Shown in pieces: positions 52,340 through 60,103 of a stretch of 64,000 bases of DNA (its first letter is position 1; each line of letters starts with the position of its first letter). Both the position numbers and the translations under genes were made by a program. A model generated the notes under the pieces. The model worked only from the letters and a program-made list of their open reading frames with translations. It searched no databases and was not told the origin of the DNA. The stretch is taken from the sequence record NC_015251.1. One strand, 5' to 3'.

Positions 52340-52417
52340 CCGTGTGTAGGCTAGGCAGGTCAAGTCGTCTGTTTTGGGACCAGAAGATCGAAGGTTCGAA
52401 TCCTTCCACACGGACCA
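52340..52417 (+). tRNA. tRNA-Pro(UGG)
   Basis: CCGTGTG/CACACGG, loop TT-TGG-GA, CCA. Confidence 0.93.
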
Positions 52418-52423
52418 ATTTTT

Positions 52424-52715
52424 ATGAGGAAAAATGATATGTGGCGATCTGTTGAAGTTACTGTTAAAAAGTTTGAAGAATCTCATCTCCGAAAATTGAC
52501 AAAATCGCGTATTAAGGCATTCAAAGCATCCTTGTCTCCGCGAAGTTGGTATGCGATTTACAGATGTTTGTTGTGAATCACGATGCGAAAGTATTGAAAA
52601 AGATCGCCAAACAGAAGCATATGAAATTTATATTCATAATATGGCTAATATCAACGCCATTTATGCCGAGAAATCAACAGACCTTTCCAATGGTTGCACC
52701 AACTGGTCAAATTAG
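52424..52715 (+). CDS. hypothetical protein (apparently frameshifted near 52540)
   Basis: Two abutting protein-like frames (MWRSVEVTVKKFEE... and GMRFTDVCCESRCES...). Confidence 0.35.
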
Positions 52716-52988
52716 CACAAAGAACGGGATAACGGCGTATATCCCCGGAAGAAGCCAGCCATAGAGAATCTGGATATCCTATAAAGTGCTTGTAATTTAT
52801 AGGCGGGATTGGTAGTATAAAGACGATATGGTAACTACCCATTGACTAGCAGTGTGAAACTAGAGGTTACTGTCCTTAACCAAACTACGAACAGATGGAC
52901 AAAATGGTTGATTTCCCTTCCTCTTAGTGATAGCGTATCAACCAAATTAGGATATAATCACAATCTACGGACCCTGATTATATTCCGA
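52716..52988 (+). ncRNA. candidate ornate ncRNA (string of about 7 hairpins)
   Basis: GGGATA/TATCCC, CCTATAAA/TTTATAGG, GGTAGT/ACTACC, TGTCC/GGACA, TGGTTGAT/ATCAACCA, GGATATAATCA/TGATTATATTCC. Confidence 0.5.
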
Positions 52989-52990
52989 CT

Positions 52991-53066
52991 GCCGAATTAG
53001 CTCATCTGGTAGAGCACAGCCTTTGTAACGCTGGGGTGGTCCGTTCGAGTCGGACATTCGGCACCA
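52991..53066 (+). tRNA. tRNA-Thr(UGU)
   Basis: GCCGAAT/ATTCGGC, loop TT-TGT-AA, CCA. Confidence 0.95.
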
Positions 53067-53078
53067 AATTAATTAAAT

Positions 53079-53154
53079 AGTGGATTAGCTCAGTAGGTAG
53101 AGCACTCGACCGATAATCGAGAGCGCATTGGTTCAACCCCAATATCCACTACCA
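53079..53154 (+). tRNA. tRNA-Ile(GAU)
   Basis: AGTGGAT/ATCCACT, loop CC-GAT-AA, CCA. Confidence 0.93.
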
Positions 53155-53160
53155 ATTCTA

Positions 53161-53248
53161 GGAGAAGTGGATGAGCGGCTTAAATCGCTCCCCTGCTAAG
53201 GGAGTAAACCGGAAGGTTTCGAGAGTTCGAATCTCTCCTTCTCCGCCA
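53161..53248 (+). tRNA. tRNA-Ser(GCU)
   Basis: GGAGAAG/CTTCTCC, loop CT-GCT-AA, long variable arm, GCCA. Confidence 0.95.
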
Positions 53249-53255
53249 AATATTT

Positions 53256-53331
53256 GAGGATGTAGTATAGTGGTCAATATCCCTGCCTGTCACGTAGGAG
53301 ATCGCGGGTTCGAGTCCCGTCATCCTCGCCA
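53256..53331 (+). tRNA. tRNA-Asp(GUC)
   Basis: GAGGATG/CATCCTC, loop CT-GTC-AC, GCCA. Confidence 0.95.
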
Positions 53332-53336
53332 ATTTG

Positions 53337-53736
53337 GATTCCCGTCAATAGTCCGGTCTATGGGAATCAACGCTTTAAGTAGCCCACCGGTATTTGTAAA
53401 GAGTGACTGTATCTAGTGGAAACATTAGACAAGGCTTAGATTCCCTTTCTCAGGGCCTAAGCGTAAAGTAACGAGCAAGACCTTCTTGTAGGCTTAACCC
53501 ATTGGGGTGTTTGAGGTTTACATGTGTGGGCTCGGATAGCCAATGCTATTAAGTCTGGTGATGGTGCGACCGGATCAATTTTTGGAACCACAATAAACAA
53601 GTATGTGCCTTGGTGGTTCGACCTGCTTTGCAGCCGTACATGAAGCTAAAGTTTTTGGATTTCTAAATAAGAGTATGGGACTCTGGAAATCGACACATTA
53701 ATTTGTATCCCGTTAAACTAAAAACTGTGAGGTTGT
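53337..53736 (+). ncRNA. candidate ornate ncRNA of about 400 nt with nested domains
   Basis: GATTCCC/GGGAATC; AGCCCAC/GTGGGCT enclosing a GAAA-tetraloop hairpin and GCTTAG/CTAAGC; GAACCAC/GTGGTTC; GCAGCC/GGTTGT enclosing AGTTTTTGG/CTAAAAACT. Confidence 0.55.
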
Positions 53737-53738
53737 AT

Positions 53739-54063
53739 ATGTCGCCGCTAAACGCAAGCCGTTAGGACGTAAAAGTAAAAAATAGTATTTTCATAAATGG
53801 TTATCCTAATGATGGTGTTCCTGTATTATGTAACGTGTTTTATCAATATGAAACTAATGGAGGTCCGTTAGACATAATGATAGAAACCCCTGTATAATTC
53901 CGGATATATTATTGATTGGTATTCTTTCATAAAAGATGCATTAAACATTGGATGGAAGAAAGAGACTATAATTAAGAAAATAAAGTATGCATTCGATGAT
54001 GTTGAAATACAAAATTCGGATGATATATTAAAAAGAGTTATCCAGTATATAGAAAGCCTATAA
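53739..54063 (+). CDS. hypothetical protein (frameshifted)
   Basis: RBS GAGGT + ATG; protein-like frames ending IDWYSFIKDALNIGWKKE...QYIESL*. Confidence 0.4.
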
Positions 54064-54074
54064 AGGAAAATGGT

Positions 54075-54323
54075 ATGGGTAAAACTGTTCGCCGTAAAAA
54101 TGAAAAATATCTCCACGAATTGTACGATAGTATTGATGTGACCCGCGATTTGGGAGATTATTACAATAAAAGTCCGGATAGTGGTGTTAAGGATCGATAT
54201 AATGTATTGTCCCGACAGCGGGATCGTAAGCTGAAGCATGACATTCTACATGGTGACCATGATGTTTTTGTTGATGATGATTACGAAAAGAAACGTTCAA
54301 ATTCAGGTTATCAATACAGTTAA
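54075..54323 (+). CDS. hypothetical protein
   Basis: RBS AAGGA; 82 aa. Confidence 0.7.
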   Translation: MGKTVRRKNEKYLHELYDSIDVTRDLGDYYNKSPDSGVKDRYNVLSRQRDRKLKHDILHGDHDVFVDDDYEKKRSNSGYQYS

Positions 54324-54371
54324 GGATATTCTATGTACAGAGAAGAAAACGAAGGCTGGTTTTAAGTGTAA

Positions 54372-54598
54372 GGGGTAATTAATATACCCCAGCGGCGTCA
54401 AACTATGTAGTCAATGGTGTGGTGACACCATACATAGTCACTAGACGAAAAGAGGGCGTATAACCTCGCATACGCTTCCCGTTATTAGAGGGTAGTGTGA
54501 CCTACTACAACACGAAAGGTTGTCTCTCAACTTCACCTAGAGGGGCGCATTACAACGGGGACTCTATCTTGCTTTGACTGGCTTGATATAGTCCCCGT
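54372..54598 (+). ncRNA. candidate structured RNA
   Basis: GGGGTA/TACCCC; ACTATGTA/TACATAGT enclosing TGGTGT/ACACCA; GCGTAT/ATACGC; GAAA-capped hairpin; ACGGGGACT/AGTCCCCGT. Confidence 0.45.
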
Positions 54599-54624
54599 TT
54601 CCTTTGGTATAATGGAGTTTTATA

Positions 54625-54828
54625 ATGATTACTTCTTTACTATTAATTTATATTATTTTTATCTTTGTGTTTATGGCGGCATATGGATTAATTGATTACC
54701 GAGAGTCAGAACAAAAACGATATCCTGATATAAATGAAATATTTGACTACTTCTTGGCTGGTTGTATGTGGCCTATAAGTATTGCTATCTGTGTAATTTA
54801 TAAAGTGTCAGAAGGTAGCTCTAAATAA
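54625..54828 (+). CDS. small membrane protein
   Basis: Two hydrophobic segments, including WPISIA. Confidence 0.7.
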   Translation: MITSLLLIYIIFIFVFMAAYGLIDYRESEQKRYPDINEIFDYFLAGCMWPISIAICVIYKVSEGSSK

Positions 54829-54906
54829 CAGTATATGTATAACCGATGACGAGAACGAACCTCCCACCAACGATCAAGACGGATTCGGTTCTACTGATTC
54901 TTATTA

Positions 54907-55152
54907 ATGCATGATTTTACAATACAAAATGATGAGGTTTATCCCGTGGCAATGATGCACGAAAAGAAACATGCCCGTGAGGGTAGAGGTTCCGCTAATG
55001 GTGGAAATGAAAAATGGTATAACTCCCCACTTTGGGAAAAAGTGGAAGCCAAGCAAGTATCATTGGATGCAACTCCTGATGATCTGCTAAAAGAGAAAGA
55101 AAATGAAGACCTTAGAGCAAAACAGCGCCGTATGTTTGCAATGGCTTATTAA
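54907..55152 (+). CDS. hypothetical protein
   Basis: 81-aa ORF. Confidence 0.65.
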   Translation: MHDFTIQNDEVYPVAMMHEKKHAREGRGSANGGNEKWYNSPLWEKVEAKQVSLDATPDDLLKEKENEDLRAKQRRMFAMAY

Positions 55153-55174
55153 CAACTAAAAAGGTAAAACAGAT

Positions 55175-55729
55175 ATGATAGTATCGCCAAACAGTTTCTT
55201 TAGAGACGAATATGTTAGTATGATAAATAAAAAGTTGAAACTTTTTAAAAGTTCCGATTACGTTAGTAGAATGAGACTTCAACTAGCCCCACATTCTTTT
55301 CAATCTGAGTTTGCAACCATATGTTTAGATATGGGTAGACAAACCGGTAAAACGTCTGCGGCTTTGATGTTACTTGAGCAACATAGTGATGCACTTTATA
55401 TTGTTCATAATAGCGCCGCGATGAGATCTATTGTTTGTTTTGCTCCGCATTTGAAAAATCAAGTATTGTCAATTAGTGATTTTGTCAATAGGTTCTATTC
55501 TCGCGGAACATATAACCATGTAGTTTTAGGTAGTAGAATAGAAAAATATAGTTTGATCATTCTTGATGAACCATATTTTACGTGTACGAATGGACAAAGA
55601 CAATATACAAATAAACCAAACTGTTCTTATTTCGAAAGTATAGACGGTGAGAGTGTGAAAACTTATGACCTTGTAAGTTTTGCAGCATTTAAAATGGATT
55701 CATTAATAGTTAAGTTGGGAATGCAATGA
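55175..55729 (+). CDS. small P-loop NTPase, terminase-ATPase/SF2-like
   Basis: Walker A MGRQTGKT and Walker B IILDE. Confidence 0.7.
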   Translation: MIVSPNSFFRDEYVSMINKKLKLFKSSDYVSRMRLQLAPHSFQSEFATICLDMGRQTGKTSAALMLLEQHSDALYIVHNSAAMRSIVCFAPHLKNQVLSISDFVNRFYSRGTYNHVVLGSRIEKYSLIILDEPYFTCTNGQRQYTNKPNCSYFESIDGESVKTYDLVSFAAFKMDSLIVKLGMQ

Positions 55730-56127
55730 AAATAGCTTATAAATATGATATTAAACGTATATCAGATCGGGTTTCTCAATTTGTTACTGTTGGTTTAAAA
55801 ACCGTAGCTAAGATCCATTATCTTCATTTGGTAACAAGTAACTATGCGTTGCATATGGCACTTGATGAATTTTATAAAGAGTTCCCAGATGATTATCTGG
55901 ATGGGGTTGCTGAGAGTGCGTTAGCCAACGATATAACGTTATCCTATGTACCCTTCGAAGTGTCCGGAGAAGACGCGCTAGAGGTCTTACAGAAGCTATA
56001 TGATACCGGTATTGAACTGGTTTCTATACTGGAAGGTAAACCTGAATTTAAAGGTACTCTAAACGCAGTTGAGGACTCACTTGAATTTATTAAGAAAGTG
56101 ATCTACAAGGTAAAACGATTCAATTAA
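55726..56127 (+). CDS. Dps/ferritin-like four-helix protein
   Basis: IHYLHLVTSNYALHMALDEFY...YLDGVAE; C-terminal KVIYKVKR. Confidence 0.7.
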   Translation: MKIAYKYDIKRISDRVSQFVTVGLKTVAKIHYLHLVTSNYALHMALDEFYKEFPDDYLDGVAESALANDITLSYVPFEVSGEDALEVLQKLYDTGIELVSILEGKPEFKGTLNAVEDSLEFIKKVIYKVKRFN

Positions 56128-56204
56128 AAAATAATCCCTCGTCTATTGACGGGGGATTTTTATTTGTGTATAGTAAAGAAATTATAAGAATAAGGAATAA
56201 AAAT

Positions 56205-56456
56205 ATGTACGATGTACAACGTGTGATTGATATTTGTAAAGATTCGTATGAATTTGTTGAAGTTGTTGATATGGGGTCGTATACAAAGATAAAAACTTAT
56301 TACAGCAAGGCTTGTTTCATTGACGAACCCTGTGTAATGGAATGTGAATATGTAATTGGGGTTTTGAATAGTGGTATTGTAGTTACTCCATTTAAAGACA
56401 AAAAAAGTATGGTTTTCAAAACCGTTGAGGAATTTTCTTATTGGGTAGATGCCTAA
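56205..56456 (+). CDS. hypothetical protein
   Basis: RBS AAGGA; MYDVQRVIDIC... Confidence 0.7.
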   Translation: MYDVQRVIDICKDSYEFVEVVDMGSYTKIKTYYSKACFIDEPCVMECEYVIGVLNSGIVVTPFKDKKSMVFKTVEEFSYWVDA

Positions 56457-56488
56457 ATATCAAGGTAATAACCTAAAAGGAAAATAAA

Positions 56489-57337
56489 ATGAAAAAGTTT
56501 AGTGAATTTATAAAGTTGGAAGAAAAATTGATGGTATTTGGTAAGAAAGCATACCCTAAATTTGGAAACGTTCTTATTCTCGCAGGCGGTGCAGGTAGCG
56601 GTAAGGGCTTTGTAACATCTAAATTAGTAGGTATTGAAGGTATTATTCTTGATGTGGATCGCGTTAAAGAACTGGCTATGGCATCTACAAAACTTTCTGC
56701 TCGTATCAAGAGAGAAACCGGTCATGATATTTCTCAGTTCGACCTAAAGAAACCGGAGAATGTATCTACGCTCCATAATCTACTTGCGTCTGAATATAAG
56801 ACTACCAAGAAAATGGATAAGCGGGTGTTTGATGGGGTTCTTGCCGCACCAGAAGGACGTAAACCCAATATTATATTTGACGTTACCTTGAAAGATATGG
56901 GTAAAATGGCTCAAATAGCAAAACAAGTTCGAGATCTTGGATATGAAAAGGAAAACGTTCATATTGTATGGGTTATGAACAAGGTTGATGTTGCTATCGA
57001 TCAGAATAATAAGCGTAGTCGTACAGTCCCTCTTGAAATTCTAGTATCTACCCATGAGGGGGCAGCAATGACCTTCAAAAACCTAATGGCGATGGGTGAA
57101 GGTGCTAAGAACTATGCGGATGGAGATTGGTATATCGCGTTTAACCAAGTTGGGGTTGACTCAGAACTTGCCAAGTCTGGTAACGGTGGTAGTTATATCA
57201 AAGAAGCCAACTATATTAGAGTAAAACAACAAGGCAAAGCTCCAATGAAAGCAACTGAATTAGATAAAGCTATTGTTGGTAAGATTGCCGATTATATTCC
57301 AAATCCGGAAACTTGGGCTATGATAATGAAGAAATAA
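56489..57337 (+). CDS. P-loop kinase (zeta-toxin/AAA_33-like) with capsid-targeting N-terminus
   Basis: MKKFSEFIKLEE; Walker A AGGAGSGKG; IIFDVT; VAIDQNNKRSRTVP; late promoter at 56453. Confidence 0.8.
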   Translation: MKKFSEFIKLEEKLMVFGKKAYPKFGNVLILAGGAGSGKGFVTSKLVGIEGIILDVDRVKELAMASTKLSARIKRETGHDISQFDLKKPENVSTLHNLLASEYKTTKKMDKRVFDGVLAAPEGRKPNIIFDVTLKDMGKMAQIAKQVRDLGYEKENVHIVWVMNKVDVAIDQNNKRSRTVPLEILVSTHEGAAMTFKNLMAMGEGAKNYADGDWYIAFNQVGVDSELAKSGNGGSYIKEANYIRVKQQGKAPMKATELDKAIVGKIADYIPNPETWAMIMKK

Positions 57338-57381
57338 TTTTCCCTAAATACCAATGAACATAAAATAAGAGGAAAATTAAA

Positions 57382-58176
57382 ATGGCTTATGTTTATATTG
57401 TAAAAGGTAAGTCCACTACTTTGACTTCTACTGTCACGGGTGGTACTGCCGAAGGATATTCTTTCGTATGGAAGAAAGATTCTTCTGTTATTTCCGGAAC
57501 TGGGAAAACTAAAACACTTAGTAACTTCACAGATGCGGATGCTGGGGTTTATACGGTTACAGCTTCTAAAGATGCAGAAGCTGACGTAGTTGATACATTC
57601 GAGCTTGGGTGTGTTGAACATGTTCCTGCTATTACAACTCCAACTCCTGTAGTTAATAAGGTTGAAGGTGATTCAGTTACATTCACAGTAACTAAAGGTA
57701 CTATTAAATTTACTCCAACCACTACAGATCCTTCAGTCACCAGTCTATATGATGTTTCTACACAATGGAAACGGGGTTCTGATGATATCCCTAGCGCAAC
57801 TTCTACGGTTTATACAAAAGTAGTTGATCTTGCTGATGATGGAATTACTTTTAGTGTGGTTCAGTCTTTCCTTAAAGAAACCGTAAGTCAATCAACAACT
57901 CCGTTTGATGTTGGTATACTGAATGTTTCTGAAGTGGTTCCGCTTGTTGCAGAATGGGCGGTTGTTCCATTGACATATCGGAACGCTTCATTTACTTGGA
58001 TTGGATATTGGGTAATAGATGAAATTAAATCTAAATCTGATTGGTTTGATGATTACTCTACCATGAAATACAAAAGTGAAGTAGAAACAATTGTTAAGGC
58101 ATTTAATGACTATGGTGAGGTTTTCCTTTTGGAAAGTCGAAATGGTCGCCTGTTGAAAGTTAGTGATTTGAAATAA
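57382..58176 (+). CDS. hoc: Hoc-like head outer capsid protein 1 (Ig-like domains)
   Basis: SFVWKKD...DADAGVYTV Ig pattern; C-terminal PLTYRNASFTWIGYWVIDEI...ESRNG as in T4 Hoc; late promoter at 57344. Confidence 0.85.
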   Translation: MAYVYIVKGKSTTLTSTVTGGTAEGYSFVWKKDSSVISGTGKTKTLSNFTDADAGVYTVTASKDAEADVVDTFELGCVEHVPAITTPTPVVNKVEGDSVTFTVTKGTIKFTPTTTDPSVTSLYDVSTQWKRGSDDIPSATSTVYTKVVDLADDGITFSVVQSFLKETVSQSTTPFDVGILNVSEVVPLVAEWAVVPLTYRNASFTWIGYWVIDEIKSKSDWFDDYSTMKYKSEVETIVKAFNDYGEVFLLESRNGRLLKVSDLK

Positions 58177-58179
58177 TAT

Positions 58180-58203
58180 TAGGCTCCTTCGGGAGCCTTT
58201 TTT
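58180..58203 (+). terminator. terminator with UUCG loop
   Basis: AGGCTCC-TTCG-GGAGCCTTTT. Confidence 0.85.
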
Positions 58204-58234
58204 GATCCTAAATATAATTTTAGGAGATAACAAA

Positions 58235-58663
58235 ATGAAATATGAAAAAAGTCGCGGGATATCCCGCGATAAAATGCCACAAATAACGGTTGCGAATGTT
58301 CCAGTTTTCTTAGAGTTTATGTTAAAGAAAGGTGTTACCTATAGAAAAGAAAGGGTAGCGGTTAAATCTCTTCTTCCTACTCAATCTGAGTATAATGAGG
58401 ATAAAGTTAAAAATATGGTATCTGCTCCGGATTCTGTTCTGTGTGCTCCGATCATAACTTCTGATGATGATTATATTTTAGACGGGCATCATAGATATAG
58501 TGCTGTATTGGCTCAAAATCCAAATAAGCTGATGGAAATTTATAGAGTAGACATTCCTATTGATGATCTGTTACAATATGCATATGCGTTTCCTCTTACA
58601 TTTTATAAAGGCATAAATGAATGTAAGATTGGATTTAGTAAATTTATGAAATTAAAAGGATAA
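58235..58663 (+). CDS. ParB/sulfiredoxin-like domain protein
   Basis: SLLPTQSEY...KV, PIITSDDDYILDGHHRYSA; late promoter at 58208. Confidence 0.8.
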   Translation: MKYEKSRGISRDKMPQITVANVPVFLEFMLKKGVTYRKERVAVKSLLPTQSEYNEDKVKNMVSAPDSVLCAPIITSDDDYILDGHHRYSAVLAQNPNKLMEIYRVDIPIDDLLQYAYAFPLTFYKGINECKIGFSKFMKLKG

Positions 58664-58671
58664 TAAAAGAA

Positions 58672-59247
58672 ATGTCATCATTACATTTTCATCACTCTGC
58701 TATGAACTCCGGAAAAAGTACACACCTATTACAAGTTGCTTATAATTATGAAGAACGTGGTATGAATGTTCTGGTTATAAAGCCAAACATTGACACCCGA
58801 GATGGAGATTTTGTTAAAGCTAGAATTGGGCTATCAAGACCCGCCGTAATGTTCTCGAAAGACGAAAATCTGATAGATCTATTCCTAAGTTATAGTATTG
58901 GTTCAAAAAGAGATTGTATTCTTGTTGATGAAGCTCAATTCATGACAATAGAACAAGTAAAACAGTTGGCTAAAATTGTTGATGATTATGATGTTCCTGT
59001 CATGTGTTATGGTCTTATGTCAGATTCCAATGGTAATATGTTTGATGCGTCCCGTCAGTTGGTTGTAATGGCTGAACAGCTCGTTGAGCACAAAACTATA
59101 TGTTGGTGTGGATCTAAAGCTTCAATGAATATGCGTATTAATGAAGGTGGTGAGAAAATTCTAGGAGATCAGGTTTGTATCGGTGGAAATGATAAATTTA
59201 TTTCAGTATGTCGTAAACATTGGGTGAGTGGGAAACCACACCCTTAA
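58672..59247 (+). CDS. tk: thymidine kinase
   Basis: SAMNSGKST, ILVDEAQF, VPVMCYGL, KTICWCG, SVCRKH. Confidence 0.97.
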   Translation: MSSLHFHHSAMNSGKSTHLLQVAYNYEERGMNVLVIKPNIDTRDGDFVKARIGLSRPAVMFSKDENLIDLFLSYSIGSKRDCILVDEAQFMTIEQVKQLAKIVDDYDVPVMCYGLMSDSNGNMFDASRQLVVMAEQLVEHKTICWCGSKASMNMRINEGGEKILGDQVCIGGNDKFISVCRKHWVSGKPHP

Positions 59248-59250
59248 AAC

Positions 59251-59283
59251 AAAAGGGATCCCCAATTGGGATCCCTTTTTTTT
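59251..59283. terminator. bidirectional terminator
   Basis: AAAAGGGATCCC-caatt-GGGATCCCTTTTT. Confidence 0.8.
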
Positions 59284-60103
59284 ACGTAAGGTCTGCTCTA
59301 CCAAGAATTCTACCGTTTCTCGATTCCATTACTGTGAAGTTTGGATAGGTTTCAAAACCTTCTGCCAATAATGAAACTAAACATGGATATTTAAATCTTG
59401 GGTTTGTTGGATCGGATATCCAGTTAAATCCTTCATTCTTTGCTTTTAGAATTTCATCAGTTACCCAATAACCAACCCAAGTAAATCCGGCACTTCTATA
59501 ATGTAATGGAACAATATAGTAAGATCTACAGGATTCTGGTTCGATTTCATCAAACAGTCTTATATTGAATGTTTCGGTTTTCGGTATATATGCTCCGAGC
59601 TTAGTGGCAGTAACCACATAATTATATTCTCCATAATCCGAATCTGAAACTATTTTATTCAATGTATTTTCTGTGCTAATGGTATTACCATTTCGAATCC
59701 AATTGTAGCTAAGTGTACTTCTATTCCTAGAAACTAATATACTTGGTGTTAGAGTTAAATTAGCACCTTCTTCCACATGTATATCTACACTGGAAAGTAT
59801 TGATATATCAATTTCTCTGGGAATTACACCCACCTCAAAATTTATCTCATTTGATAATATATATGATGTACTACCTTCTTTGGTATAAATTAGTCTAGCA
59901 TAATATACCCCAGCGGCTGGATAATCTATATCATAAAGATCAAATGAATTGGGGCTCTCTTGTGGTAATTGGGGCATTAACGCCCCAGATTTATACCATT
60001 CAATACCAACAAGAATTCCCCCAACCGGTAATACCATTGAGTCGATAACGAAACTTACATTGTCACCAACTAATGCATAGTCTGGACCATTTATAAGAAT
60101 CAT
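59282..60103 (-). CDS. hoc: Hoc-like head outer capsid protein 2 (Ig-like domains)
   Basis: IEWYK...AAGVYY and YNWIRNG...DYGEYNY Ig patterns; C-terminal PLHYRSAGFTWVGYWVTDEI...ESRNG. Confidence 0.85.
   Translation of the reverse strand: MILINGPDYALVGDNVSFVIDSMVLPVGGILVGIEWYKSGALMPQLPQESPNSFDLYDIDYPAAGVYYARLIYTKEGSTSYILSNEINFEVGVIPREIDISILSSVDIHVEEGANLTLTPSILVSRNRSTLSYNWIRNGNTISTENTLNKIVSDSDYGEYNYVVTATKLGAYIPKTETFNIRLFDEIEPESCRSYYIVPLHYRSAGFTWVGYWVTDEILKAKNEGFNWISDPTNPRFKYPCLVSLLAEGFETYPNFTVMESRNGRILGRADLT

Noticed and set aside
50200-53331. Recurring GGTTCGAATCC motifs at regular spacing (CRISPR-like look)
   Set aside because: These are tRNA T loops
53434-53470. CCTAAGCG (pistol-like) and AGCCGTA at 53632 (group II domain V-like) motifs
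   Set aside because: The required pseudoknot partner and the TACGGTT closing strand are absent
54555-54598. GATATAGTCC resembling the group I intron S element
   Set aside because: It pairs locally with GGGGACT only about 25 nt upstream, leaving no room for P3/P8, and no P/Q elements are seen
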